Origin: Felis catus
Taxonomy: Eukaryota
DNA length: 64,000 nucleotides
Reading direction: 5' to 3'
Assembly (NCBI RefSeq): GCF_018350175.1
Contig: NC_058383.1
Span: forward strand, 3,720,001 to 3,784,000
Shown: positions 1-11,350 of the stretch, in pieces
Numbering within the stretch: position 1 is the first letter of the stretch
Layout of the letters: every line of letters begins with the position of its first letter
Program-made: the position numbers and the translations under genes
Notes under the pieces: generated by a model
Seen by the model: the letters and a program-made list of their open reading frames with translations, nothing else
Databases searched by the model: none
Told to the model about the DNA's origin: nothing

Positions 1-310
1 TGTCACAAAATAGTATTCTTCTGGGTTTTTGTTTTGTTTCGTTTTCGCAACCATTGAAAAATGTACAGAGGCGTGTGGGTGGCTCGGTCGGTTGAGCGTC
101 CGACTTCAGCTCAGGTCACGATCTCACGGCTCGTGTCAGCTGTGCTGACAGCTCAAAGCCCGGACCGGCTTCGGATTCCGTGTCTCCCTCTCTCTCTGCT
201 CCTCCCCCGCTCGTGCTCTCTCTCAAAAATAAATAAACATTAGAAAATTAGAAGAAAAAAATGTATAAGCCATTCTCAGCTCACAGCCCATACAAAGTGT
301 CAGGTCAGAT
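1..310. mobile_element. MER58B-like hAT-Charlie DNA transposon remnant, split by a SINE
   Basis: TGTCACAAAATAGTATTCTTCT...CAACCATTGAAAAATGTA / AAGCCATTCTCAGCTCACAGCCCATACAAA resembles the MER58B terminal part. Confidence 0.65.
68..260 (+). mobile_element. Can-SINE (SINEC), internally deleted
   Basis: GGGTGGCTCGGTCGGTTGAGCGTCCGACTTC head, (CT)n, AAAATAAATAAA tail; AAAAATGTA on both flanks. Confidence 0.92.
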
Positions 311-369
311 TACACTACATGAGGGCCCAAAAAAAAATGGTGAGGTAAGTGACAGCGAAGTTGCCCCTG

Positions 370-480
370 CATCAATGAGGAAACTGAGGCATAGATTTTG
401 AGTGACTCCGCAAGGTCAGACAGTCACGAGTGGCGTGGCAGCGATCGGGTCTGCCCCTGGAGCCCAGCTTCCAACACCGC
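370..480 (-). mobile_element. MIR core fragment
   Basis: ATGAGGAAACTGAGGC...AGTGACTCCGCAAGGTCAGACAG is the antisense MIR core. Confidence 0.65.
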
Positions 481-3288
481 ATGAGACTGGCCTCTGGCTA
501 CTCTGTGTATTGTTATTGTGTATTTATCGATCGCTTTGCCACCTCGAGCATGATGTCATTAATTTATATGAAATTCTTCTCCAAGTGTTATGTTTTATTC
601 CTGACGCTTCCAAAGCTCTCCATTACTGAACTTATTAACAACAAAGCAGCAGTCTGCGGTCAGTCGAGCAAATAGCCCGAAACCGTTGATGGCTTATTTT
701 CTCCGACCCCAGGCTCAGAAGACATCATCGTTGTAATTACTTACGTATTTATTCCCATCCTACGACACCTCTACAAGAGTTTTAGGTAACTTACAGCATT
801 GTAACCTCGTAAATTAATGAAGATGTTATAAATGGGTGATGTTAAATCTTTAAACATAAACCGTAAGGCCCGGACATGCTCTTTTAGGGGTTATTAATTT
901 ACTTCTTTCTCTTGCCAACACGGGAGCAAGAAAAATAATTCACCCGCAGGCAAAGCCAAAGGTGGGATTGTCAGCCTTTGAAGACACACACCTCGAGTTT
1001 CTGGGAAGGTGCTGACAACTTCCTTCCATGAAGATTTCCTCACTCCCAGTCTGTTCTTTTTCTTTTCTTTTCTTTCTTTTTTTTTTTTTTTTCTCTAGCA
1101 AATTATTTGAGAAATTCCAAAAAATTACTGGACACAACCCTGCCGCAATCTGCCTCAGGACCTTTGTAGTCCTGTTCAAAACAATCTTTCCTTTGCAAAG
1201 CAGATGCCTTCTCCTCCAGGTCTTGGCTTGGGAAACCCTCCCTAAGCTCATTTTCCATCTGCTTCTCTCTTCCACTGCCTTTTCTCCTTTGTGGCCATTC
1301 AGAATCTGTAATTCCATGACTTATTCATGGTTCCCGAAGGCTTCCTCTGTCTCCTCCTCTACACTGGAGGCCTTGAGGGGACCGTGTCTGCTTTTCAGCA
1401 CTGTTTTCCTGACCCCTCACGCGGTGGCATCTTCTTGGAAACACTGGAGGAGAGAGACACTGGGAAGGTTAGCGAAGGCACCCACGTTGCAGACTGAGCC
1501 ACCAAGAATGTCCACAGAGGCCACCAAGGAAGGCGATGTTTGCAGGAGGTGACAGGCTGAGTAGAGAGTGACTTTCACGAGGCAGGAACTTCGTTTCCTC
1601 TTTCTTCTCTCAGCTGTGATAGCTTCTTGGATTCTTCCCTCCTTTGTTCCCATAGCAGAAGCCTCCCATCTGGGGATGCTGTTGGGGTGCATTTCCTAAC
1701 TTCCCCCACCTCACACGGGCACCCACGTGCCCCTATCTAGTGTCAGTTTGTCCTAAATTCCCTGCGTTCAAACTGAGCTAAGACACAAAAGTGAGAAGGA
1801 AAAAAAATAAATAAAACCAGTTAATGTGTCGGGGAATATATTTATTCCTGTGCTATCCTAGAGATGGGCTGAGAGGTCATTTCAAATAATTATCACCCTG
1901 ATAATTGAGCAGATGGCAATCACCAAATCAGGCAGTTCCCCACCAGTCGGCTTCTCTAGCTAATTCACCTTCATGCCTGGGCAATTTGTTCTAACGAGAT
2001 TATATTTCATGATAGCAACTTGCATTCGGTGCTTTGCAGGGCGCCCCAGAAACTGACTTTCCAAGGGGTTTGGTGTCACACAAGGAGCTGCTGGCACAGA
2101 GGCTGGGAAAACAGACGTGGGGCCGGAGACCCGGCGTCGGCTGCCTGAGGCGTCACAGTTATACCCCATCACGCCTCTTTTCACGGCTGCCTTTGTGTCT
2201 GTGCTGGAGCTGTGTCTCCTCCTGGACCGTCCTCCTCAACGACGCCGCCGAGTCCCCCTGACAATTCCTGCAGGGACGTGCTCGCAGGATGAGCGCTGTC
2301 TCTCCCCGCGTTTTAATGAATCGACTCCAAGGGGAGAACAACTTGATCACGGCCACCGTGCTTCTCAATTTGTCATCCTGGTGCCCGACCGTTCCCCTGA
2401 CCTTTTTCTGCCTTTCTAGTTTGGTCCTTTTTATCAGAATTCTGAGGGAGTTTCCTACCTGTGCACATTCACCTCTCCCCGGGAAGGCAATCACGCACAC
2501 GGGCAGGTGCTCCCTCTGTGAATGGGTCATTACTTTTAGGCAGGGATGTGAATAGTCCATTTACTTGCAGGAAATTAGAGGCGAGGATCGAGGCAACAAC
2601 GTATAATCACTTAATTTGGAGGAGATCCAGGACTGAATATAAGCACCTTTGATTTAAAGGAAAAAAAGCAATTAAAGCCAGTTGGCAGAAAGTTCTTTTC
2701 AAGTCAATGAAGTCATTCAATCAGTCCCTAAAAAATGACTAGCTTTTGAAAGCATAATTTGATCCCAAGTGAGAAGGGGCGAAAATGCAAAGACGGGCGT
2801 GGACAAGAAGAGGAAACCAGTACCGCGGGATAGCGGACAACCTCGTTGGTTTTCTGCTTCCGTCTTGCTCTCCTGTCATCCCCCTTCTCCGACACACTCC
2901 AGCCCCGCCGTTCATCCTGCCAGCCAGCATCTCGGCCCCCGAACATTCGACGAGGCCCTGCTTCTCAGTGGTGGGGGAAGGGCTGAGGACGAGTGCTGGG
3001 CGCCCACTCTCCGCGACCACCTGCAGCTCAGGCTCAGCCCCAGACGCGCTGCCCGCACCGACTCCTGCACTAGTGACGTCAGGAGCCAGGGAGGGGGGCT
3101 CTCTATCATTTCAGGGGCACACAGTCCTGGCGGAACCCGTTCCGAAGTGTGATGGGGGGGCAGGGCTTCTCCAGCTCAAGACCACTAGGTGCCCGGGAGA
3201 GGGAGCATGGACAGCACACCAGGGCAACACAAACATCACGACTTCGCCTGGAGGTGGATGAGTCCTAGGAACAGTCAGAACTGTCTTT

Positions 3289-3333
3289 CTTTCCTCTGTC
3301 TCGCCCCAACTTTCCTCTGTCTCGCCCCAACTT
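3289..3333. repeat. 21-bp tandem duplication
   Basis: CTTTCCTCTGTCTCGCCCCAA x2, exact. Confidence 0.9.
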
Positions 3334-3493
3334 CCCTGAGTGCCTCAGGTGCGCTCACGGCCGGGGTTCAGCTGCCAGGTACCCACCAAGTTCCTCAAGG
3401 CCCCAAAACCCCAACTGCGCGCACCTGGCCTCCAGCTCAAAGCTGAGCACTGATTACAACTGACTTAGAACTCCATCGTGTCATGGTGCCGTG

Positions 3494-3814
3494 AGAGGCC
3501 CGCGTGCCTTATCTGAAACCCTTGGGCCAGATGTGTTTGGGAATTCAGAACTTTGCAGCTCCCGAAAGATAATGCATGCATGTGCTCTGTATTACATTAA
3601 AAATCCCGAAGGCTCCAGGGGGACAGCACCCTGTAATCAAACCCATTAATATTTCTGTAGGAAAACACATGAATATTCAGACTAAGCGGGGAAAATAATG
3701 ATTATAAGTAGTGTCTCATCAGTTCAGGTCAGGTTTTGCCACCAAAAGAGTTTCAAAACTCTTTCCATGTGCAGAACTTCCGGATTTCGGAGTTACATGT
3801 GAGGATCGTGGACT
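3494..3814. mobile_element. MER46C-like Tigger (TcMar) element
   Basis: CCTTATCTGAAACCCTTGGGCCAGATGTGTTTGGGAATTCAGAA...CAGTTCAGGTCAGGTTTTGCCACCAAA...GGATTTCGGAGTTACATGTGAGGATCGTGGAC. Confidence 0.7.
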
Positions 3815-3837
3815 TTTAAGATATTTGCATATCTTAC

Positions 3838-4059
3838 GGGGTGCCTGGGTGGCTCAGTCGGTTGAGCGGCCGACTTCGGCTCGGGTCGCGATCTCACGGT
3901 CCGTGAGTTCGAGCCCCGCGTCGGGCTCTGTGCTGACAGCTCGGAGCCTGGAGCCTGTTTCGGATTCTGTGTCTCCCTCTCTCTGACCCTCCCCTGTTCA
4001 TGCTCTGTCTCTCCCTGTCTCAAAAATAAATAAAAGGTTAAAAAAAATTTTTAAAAAAA
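3838..4059 (+). mobile_element. SINEC (felid type), full length
   Basis: Full consensus body; 18-bp TSD AAGATATTTGCATATCTT at 3818 and 4060. Confidence 0.97.
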
Positions 4060-4077
4060 AAGATATTTGCATATCTT

Positions 4078-4310
4078 GGGGCACTTGGGTAGCTCATTCG
4101 GGTATACATCCGACTTCAACTCAGGTCATGATCTCACGGTTCGTGGGTTTGAGCCCCGCATCGGGCTCTGTGCCGACAGCTCAGAGCCTGGAGCCCGCAT
4201 CGAGGTCTGTGTCTCCCTGTCTCTCTCCTCCTCCCACCACCCCTTGCATTCTGTCTCTGTCTGTCAAAAAATGAATAAACATGAAAAAAAATTAATAAAA
4301 TAAAACATAA
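4078..4310 (+). mobile_element. SINEC, older copy
   Basis: Diverged full body and A-rich tail; TSD at 4060 and 4311 (16/18). Confidence 0.95.
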
Positions 4311-4514
4311 AAGACATTTACATATCTTTGCACCCCACCAGCCTGAACACCAGCAAAGACATGTTGGCTCCCTGGCCGTCCGTAGAATCTGAGGCCTCGG
4401 TACAACGTGTGACTAAACCGATGACAAATAAAGTAAAAGGAAGTGTTGAGGAATCGAAACAGGTGCCCCGTCCCTTCTGCAAAATGCTGCCCTCCTGGCA
4501 GATAATCCGAGGCC

Positions 4515-4708
4515 AGGTAAACTTCGGCGAAAGGCCAGATACTAGATAGCCTTCAGGTTTGGGAGCCAGGCAGTCTTATCTGTAACTATTTAACTCCGCC
4601 ATTTAGTGCAAAAGCAGCCTTAGACGACAGGGAAATAAACGGGTGTGTCTGTATCCCAATAAAACTTTATTTATAATGACAGACCGAGGCCACATTTGCT
4701 GACTCCTG
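4515..4708. mobile_element. MER58A-like hAT element
   Basis: AAAGGCCAGATA...AAAAGCAGCCTTAGAC...CCCAATAAAACTTTATTTA...TTTGCTGACTCCTG. Confidence 0.75.
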
Positions 4709-4934
4709 AACACATCCGTGCTAATGTTTTGCTTAACGCACAGGATCCACTCAGCAGATAAGGCTTCTATCATCCGACGAGCCCCGTTCTCAGTACCAGA
4801 AAGTCAGCGGTGACTAAAACACCAGTTTTCCCCCTCGTTCAGCTTGGAGTCTGGCTGAGTCCAGGAACTCGGTAAAATTCTCCACATCATCTCAGCTCTG
4901 TGCTTTGCCTCAACGAAAGTGGACCTTGGCCAAA

Positions 4935-5825
4935 TTAGGCGTCATCAGGGAAACTCACGTTAAAGCAACAGAGGTTCTGTTGCACGTCCGTGGCAACGAC
5001 CAAAACCCTGAACACTGACCGCCAATCGCTGTCGAGATGTGAACAGCAGGCGCTCTCGAATTCGGGGCCGGTGGGACGGCCGCTGTGGAAGACGGTGTGG
5101 TGGTTTCCTACGAACCCATGCACACCCTTACCGTAGGACCCAGCAGTGCCGCTCCTTGGCAGTTTACCCAGACCGACGGGAAAGGTCCGTCCACACAAAA
5201 GCTTGCTCATAGATGTTTACGGCAGCTTCATTCACCACGGCCAAACTTGGAAGCAACCGAGATGCCCGTCAGTAGGTGCCGGATAAATACACTGCGGTCC
5301 ATCCAGACAGCAGGATATTATTCAGTGCTGAAAAGAAATGAGCCGTCAAGCCGCGAAAAGAGATAGAGGAAACTCAAATGCATATTTTGAAGTCAAAGAA
5401 GCAGTCTGAAAAGGCTTCGTACTGTGTGATTCCAGCCATATGACATTCTGGAAAAGGCAAAACTACGGAGACAGTAGAAAGATCAGTGGTTTCTTGGGTG
5501 GGGGAGGGGGGAGAGAGAGATACGCGGAGCACAGAGGGTTTTCAGGGCACCGAACATCCCGTGTCATGTTATAATGACGGACGAGTGTCACTATCCATTT
5601 GTCCAAGCCCACGGGCCGTACCACACCAAGGACGAACTTGAAGGTGAACCGTGAACTTCGAGTTATGATGCGTCTGTGCGGTCCATCCTCTGTAAAAGAT
5701 GTGCCATCCTGGTGAGTGATGTTGACAGTGGGGACGCTGTGTTGGGGGTTGGGGGGCACTCGGGAAACCTCTGTACCTCCCTCTCAATTTCGTTACGAAC
5801 TTATAACTGCTCTAAAAAAAAAAAA
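4935..5825 (+). mobile_element. L1MC-like LINE-1, end of ORF2 plus 3' UTR
   Basis: CCAAACTTGGAAGCAACCGAGATG, TGATTCCAGCCATATGACATTCTGGAAAAGGCAAAACTACGGAGACAGTA, ends in an A-tail. Confidence 0.85.
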
Positions 5826-6449
5826 GTGTTGGCACATAGAGTTGATTCTCCTTATTTACAGATTCCAAATTTCTGACTTTGCGTACACACTAAAACCTAT
5901 TTGTAACCTCAAGGTAAACACCTGCAGAGTTTGGGGGGTCATCCACAGACATGGGGGGAGCAGTGAAAGATTGGATTCGCACAGTCCACACGTTCTTAGC
6001 TACGGTCGAGGGAGGCAGCCCTTGGCCTCTAGTTCAGTTCTTGCTATGCAAACAAGTGTCCTTTCTGCATCTATTTGGTGCCATGGTTTTTGCATTTTTG
6101 TGCTTTTTGCTATTTAAAAGGCCCCCAAAGCACAGTGCTAGCATGCTTTCTAGGATTCATAAGTGCCAGGAGGCTGTTTGCAGAGAAAATACGCGACTTA
6201 GTTAAGCTTGATTCAGGCATGAGTTATAGCGCTGTTGGCTGTGGGTTCAATGTTAATGAATCAACAATATATATTCAATAAGGTGTCTTTAAACAGAAAT
6301 GCACATAAAACAAGGTGATGTATTGATCGGCTGATGAAAATGTCGTGACCAGAGAGGCTGGCAGTGACACAACCCGACTTCAGCCCGGGAGCCACGGTTC
6401 AGCATTCACTAACTCAGAGTTCGTGGTGACTTTATAAAACACAGACACC

Positions 6450-6672
6450 GGGGACGCCTGGGTGGCTCAGTCGGTGGTTAAGCGTCCAACTTCAGCTCAG
6501 GTCATGATCTCACGGTTCATGAGTTTGAGCCCCACATCGGGCTCTGTGCTGACAGCTCGGAGCCTGGAGCCTGCTTTGGATTCTGTGTCTCCCTGTCACT
6601 CTGTTCCTCCCCTGCTCACACATTCTCTCTCACTCTCTCTCTCTGAAAAATAAATAAAGGTTAAGGAGATTT
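6450..6672 (+). mobile_element. SINEC
   Basis: Full body; TAAAACACAG on both flanks. Confidence 0.95.
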
Positions 6673-6690
6673 TAAAACACAGTTGCTGGG

Positions 6691-6905
6691 GGGGCGCCTG
6701 GGGGGTTCAGTCGGTTAAGCGTCCGACTTCGGCTCAGGTCATGATCTCGCGGTCCCGTGAGTTCGAGCCCCGCGTCGGGCTCTGGGCTGACAGCTCGGAG
6801 CCTGGAGCCTGTTTCAGATTCTGTGTCTCCCTCTCTCTGACCCTCCCCCGTTCATGCTCTGTCTCTCTCTGTCTCAAAAATAAATAAACGTTAAAAAAAA
6901 AAATT
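6691..6905 (+). mobile_element. SINEC (felid type)
   Basis: Full body; TSD TAAAACACAGTTGCTGG / TAAAATGCAGTTGCTGG. Confidence 0.96.
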
Positions 6906-7190
6906 TAAAATGCAGTTGCTGGAAGAACTAAAATCAACGGTGTCTGTTAATAGTGTTCTTCTATTTTTTTGAATCTCCACCTCATCCATAATTATAATTC
7001 TTCATATAAAACATGATTTATCTGGGCCTTGATCAGTGTCTCCAGAAACTTGTCTGCAATCCTTAGTTTGGGTTTTTTTCCCCCCGAAGATAATCAACTT
7101 TTTGGCTCTTTTTAGTCTTCCATCCAGAATTCTTTTCTAACCCCCAAGTTATCCAGCCACATATGTTATTAAATTCCCAACCAGTGTGCA

Positions 7191-7400
7191 TTTTTTTTAG
7201 TTTATTTATTTTGAGAGAGAGAAAAAGAACTTGAGCAGGGGAGGGGTGGGGGGGGGGGGAGAGAGAGGAAGAATCCCAAGCAGGCTCCACACCATCAGTG
7301 CAGAGCCCCACGTGGGGCTCAAACCCACAAACTTTGAGCTCATGACCTGAGCCAAACCCAAGAGTTGGACGCTTAACCAACTGAGCCACCCAGGCACCCC
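7191..7400 (-). mobile_element. SINEC
   Basis: Antisense body; TSD CAGTGTGCATTTTTTT at 7182 and 7406. Confidence 0.95.
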
Positions 7401-7779
7401 CCCCACAGTGTGCATTTTTTAATTTGTCTTTCCGTGTTAGCTTCTGACTTCACAGCGATGCCATCGGACGACATGGGCTGTCTGAAAGCCATCCCGTCAA
7501 GACAGGTAGGGGCTACCCAACGGCCCCTACTCCGCTCACCACCCGTGGGCGCCAGGCTGGTCTACAGCCCTCAGGCTGAATTCGGGCCCGTTAGGCCAAT
7601 GCTCAGCTCCGTGCAGGTTTCCCATAGCCTTGCTTGTTTGCTGCCTGATTACTTCCAATAATTGGAATAATTGGAAAGGTGGCTTTATCCATTTCCCCTG
7701 CAGCTCTGTCCATTCTTGGCTTCCTCTGTATGGGGCTGTCTTGTTAGGTACTCCACATCTGGGATGGCCGTCCCTTCTC

Positions 7780-7980
7780 ACTGAACAGAGCCCGTGCCGT
7801 CGCACAGAGACTGGCTTCATGCTTTCCCACGCGTTCTGGCTTGAACTCTTTCTGCCTACTGTTTACCCGAGTACAGTGTCTTTTGGGTGGTGTATTACTG
7901 TGATAGGCCTTTTCGTCCATCCTCTTTATTTTCAACCTCTGTGGGCCTTATGCTTTAGATGTGCCTCTTAAAGACAAGAG
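7780..7980 (-). mobile_element. Old L1 ORF2-region fragment
   Basis: TTTTCGTCCATCCTCTTTATTTTCAACCTCTGTG...TTTAGATGTGCCTCTTAAAGACA resembles antisense L1M. Confidence 0.5.
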
Positions 7981-8599
7981 GCGGGTGGAAAAGGGTGGGA
8001 AACAGGAGAGCCGACGCCCATGTACCCACAGAAACAAGGCGGGAGCGAAGGTGGGTGAACCCAGCAGCCTTAACCATCGCGGACCAGTGGGGATGTGTGA
8101 GTCTACAGGCTGCGCGTTTTCAACACCCACAATTTCCCAGCTCAAAAAGAGGTGTGTGGCGATGGGAGAGCAGCACTGGTTTGCTGAAAACAAGCGTTAT
8201 CGTGGGTCAGTGGGCTGGGAGGGGAAGCATAAAGTGTGCAGAGCAAGTTAGAGCCGAAGTCAGCAGAGATGAGTAGCACCTGGGTCCCTCCCGCAGGTGC
8301 GCGTGCACGACAGTCCCTCCGTGGATGCGCGTGCATGGCCGTCCCTACCTCGGGCCGGACCTTACCACAGGGAAGAGAAGGACTAACAAACATTAGTTGA
8401 AAGGAACAACCCTCAAAGTTTTTGACGGAGTCACGAGGGCATCAGGCTTTCAGAACCAACTTATAAACTTGAAAAGAACAGCCTTGGACCTCAAGAGACA
8501 GACTCAGACCCATGATATGTTTGGGTTGTGACATAATCATCTAATCATGATGACTAACTTTGTTGAGAGAAGACATTTGCAATTGAGCCCTTGCAAGTC

Positions 8600-9100
8600 A
8601 GGGTACCCAAATATATCCAATGCTTGATACAAAAAAGCTTACATTTGACCTAAGAATTCTAGGCATCACAACTTGTCTTAAGGTCATAAGGGGACCATTG
8701 CACATACCCAAAGGTAGGAGGGTGTTAACTGCATTGCTCTTTATAACCAGAAAATCAGAAAACAATCTAAATTGATGGAAAATTGATGAAGCGAATCGTG
8801 GCATATCTGTGCAAAGGATTACTTTGCAGCCATTAAAATTATGCTACAGATCGATGGTCACTGATACGCAAAGATGGCCATGCCTTGTTAAGTGAAAAGA
8901 ACAATACAATACTTAAAAAAAAAAAAAAAAAAAAAAAAAGGAAACGCGTGTACAAAATTACTGTGTTCATGCCTTGAAAAAAATGCCTGGGAAGTTATTC
9001 ATCAAAACGTTAACAACAGTTATTTGAGTGTTAGGATTACTGGCAATCTGTATTTTCTTTGTGCCTTTTTATGTTTGGTAAGTTATTTAAAATAAACACA
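8600..9100 (+). mobile_element. L1ME-like 3' fragment
   Basis: TACTTTGCAGCCATTAAAA, TTGTTAAGTGAAAAGAA, AAAACGTTAACAACAGTTATTTGAG. Confidence 0.6.
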
Positions 9101-9711
9101 AATCATTATGATGGTTTAGAAAAAGGTGCCTAAAGAGCCCATTGTGAAAGCTCTTTTAGCATTTTAAATGAATAATTGATCTCTTTGGCAGCTCAGGTTT
9201 ATTCTAAGTTGTAAGTTCCCGAAGAGTGGGGAGGATTTTCACTTCTGTTCCTCCCCCCACCCCCTGGCTGCACACACAGCCCTGCCCACGATAAGAGCTC
9301 CCTGATGGCCACTGACTGACTGAGTATCTGGGTGTCAGGTACAGAAGAGATATTAGTGAAAATAGCTGAGGACCAGATTGCATAGCTGAGCCTTTGGCAC
9401 TAGAACTTTTCATAATTGAAAACTAAAACCTTTGAGTCGTTTCATTTTATTACAAACGAACCCACCTCACAACTCCCCTTCGGTTTTGAAATCTCGCCAA
9501 AGTGTTGGTTACGATCCCATCACTTGGCTAATGTGAAAGTTCTAAAAGCTGTTTAATGACATCATTATCCCGCAAATCATAATGAGGGAGGCGAGAAGAG
9601 TTCGGTGTTTGAAAAACCCACGCGTGGGCCTGTGGTCTCTGATACGGGAGCAGGGCCCCTGCGGAAGACAGTTTCGCCTGTCAACTCCTTCCCGGGGCCT
9701 TTGCCCCCTGT

Positions 9712-10090
9712 ACCAGTCAGCTGTTGCTGCCTGACAAGCAGCCACAAACATCTCAGTGGCAGAGAAAGATGACATGCATTTATTGGCCTGTGCTGGGCTC
9801 AGTCGGGGGGTCCCAGCTTCTTCAAGCTGCGAGTCTGTCTGGCCTCTCCCCGTCCTCCTCTGGGATTCCGTGTATTCACTTGGGGTCCAGGTTAAAGGAC
9901 AGAAGCAACTTAGGGGACGCTCTTCTTCTGTCAGGGTAGAAGGCCAAGGTCAAGAGTGTATGCTCAGTCACACAAGCACGCTTCAACTTCCTGCTCACGT
10001 CATGTCCGCCAACACCCCCTGGGCCAGGGTCAGTGCCGACGGCAGCAGGCTGGGGAAGCCCACAGAAGGGGGCTCTCGAGGGCAGCAATG
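9712..10090 (-). mobile_element. MaLR LTR (MLT1H/J-like)
   Basis: CAGCTGTTGCTGC...ACAAACATCTCAGTGGC start; CACACAAGCACGCTTCAACTTCCTGCTCACGTCATGTCCGCCAACA. Confidence 0.6.
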
Positions 10091-10339
10091 ATAGCTGCTT
10101 GTGCAGGTGTCTGTCACCACTTACGCTCCTCCTGAGTCCCCCGCTGTTCCCACGCAGCCCTATCTAGCCACCCATTCTGCCTGGAGGAAAAAAGCCAGCC
10201 TTGCCTCAGTGGTAAGCTCGGTGTCCTTTTTGGGCAAATAAAACGCCGATCTGACGTTTCGTTGACCGAGTTCTTATCCTGTTTCAAGGCTCTTTGGAGA
10301 GGGAGGGCCCTCCCCACCGTTAGCGTAAGCTTTTCGTCT

Positions 10340-11350
10340 CCCAGTCCTGGCAGCCGGAGCCGGGGGAGAGCCCTGGGACTTGCACAGAGGGACTCGCCAG
10401 CCACGCGGGTGGCCAGAGTCCTACGGGCTGAGCAAGACCGGAGCCCCTGTCCCTCAGCCTGAGAAGACCCGTGGCAGGGGCCTGTGGCCGGCAGCAGGCA
10501 GGGGGCTGGCGGGCGAGCTGTCACACACAGCACCAGCCCCGGAGCGGTGCCCGCACTTCCCTCTGGCTGATGAACAGCCGGCGCTCCCGCTAACAACTCC
10601 TCGCTTTAAACCTCTCGGAAAAGCAGGAGCGGTTCTGCCTCCTAACGTTCTCGGGAACCGCGCCGAGGCACGTCGGGCCGTATACAAACGTGAACAGTGG
10701 CGGGATGTGGAGAGGAAAGAGGTCGTGGGTCAACGGGTCCCTCTCCTGACACACAGGCCACAGAGGAGCTCTCAGCTTTCTCCTCCCAAATCTAGACCCC
10801 AGTTGGCAGTTGGTGCGCCTATGGGGCCCGAGCGAGATGGAGGCCCTCCGCTCCCAGGCCTGGCTGCAGCCGCCATGAGAGGAGGCGACGGTCCAGGCAG
10901 TGCCGCGAGGAGCGAGTGCTAAGGTTTCGAGCTGAGCACCCCAAACGAGGGGGGCTTGAGGACGGGACGGCTCGGGCCGGCTTCCCGAGACTCGGGCCTC
11001 CAAGGCACTTGTCCTAGCTGCCCCCTGGCCCCCGGGGATTCCGGGTGGACAATCAGCACGTGGTGAGCGTCCCTCACGGGCCGCTTGAAGGAGCAGGGCA
11101 GCGCGCAGAGGGGAGAAGGAAGGGCCGCCCGGGGTGGGCACGGGGGTGGGCACGGAGCGGAGGACAGTGCTGGGAAAGCGTGGTGGGTCCCGCGCTGCCC
11201 CGTGGTATTGGTCTCCTGAGCCCGCCAAAACAGAGGCCACGGAGCCTGTGGCTTGCTCCGCGGCACCTACCCTCTCCCGGTCTGGAGGCCGGGTGTCTGA
11301 GGGCAGGGTGGCGGGGTTGGGTCCTGCGAGGCTGCGAGGGGCATCTGCTC
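10340..11350. promoter_or_regulatory. CpG-island-like GC-rich segment
   Basis: Visibly high GC and CpG density relative to the flanks; not computed. Confidence 0.45.

Larger units (their letters stand above)
5838..6942. mobile_element. MER82-like Tigger element, interrupted near one end by two SINEs
   Basis: CAGGCATGAGTTATAGCGCTGTTGGCTGTGGGTTCAATGTTAATGAATCAACAATATATATT...AAGGTGTCTTTAAACAGAAA; terminal remnant after 6906. Confidence 0.8.

Noticed and set aside
3838..3920. tRNA-like A/B-box heads, here and in all SINE copies
   Set aside because: These are tRNA-derived SINE heads continuing into SINE body and tail, not tRNA genes.
3818..4328. Repeat-spacer-repeat pattern resembling a CRISPR array
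   Set aside because: The repeats are TSDs and the spacers are ~230-bp SINEs in a mammalian genome; no cas genes.
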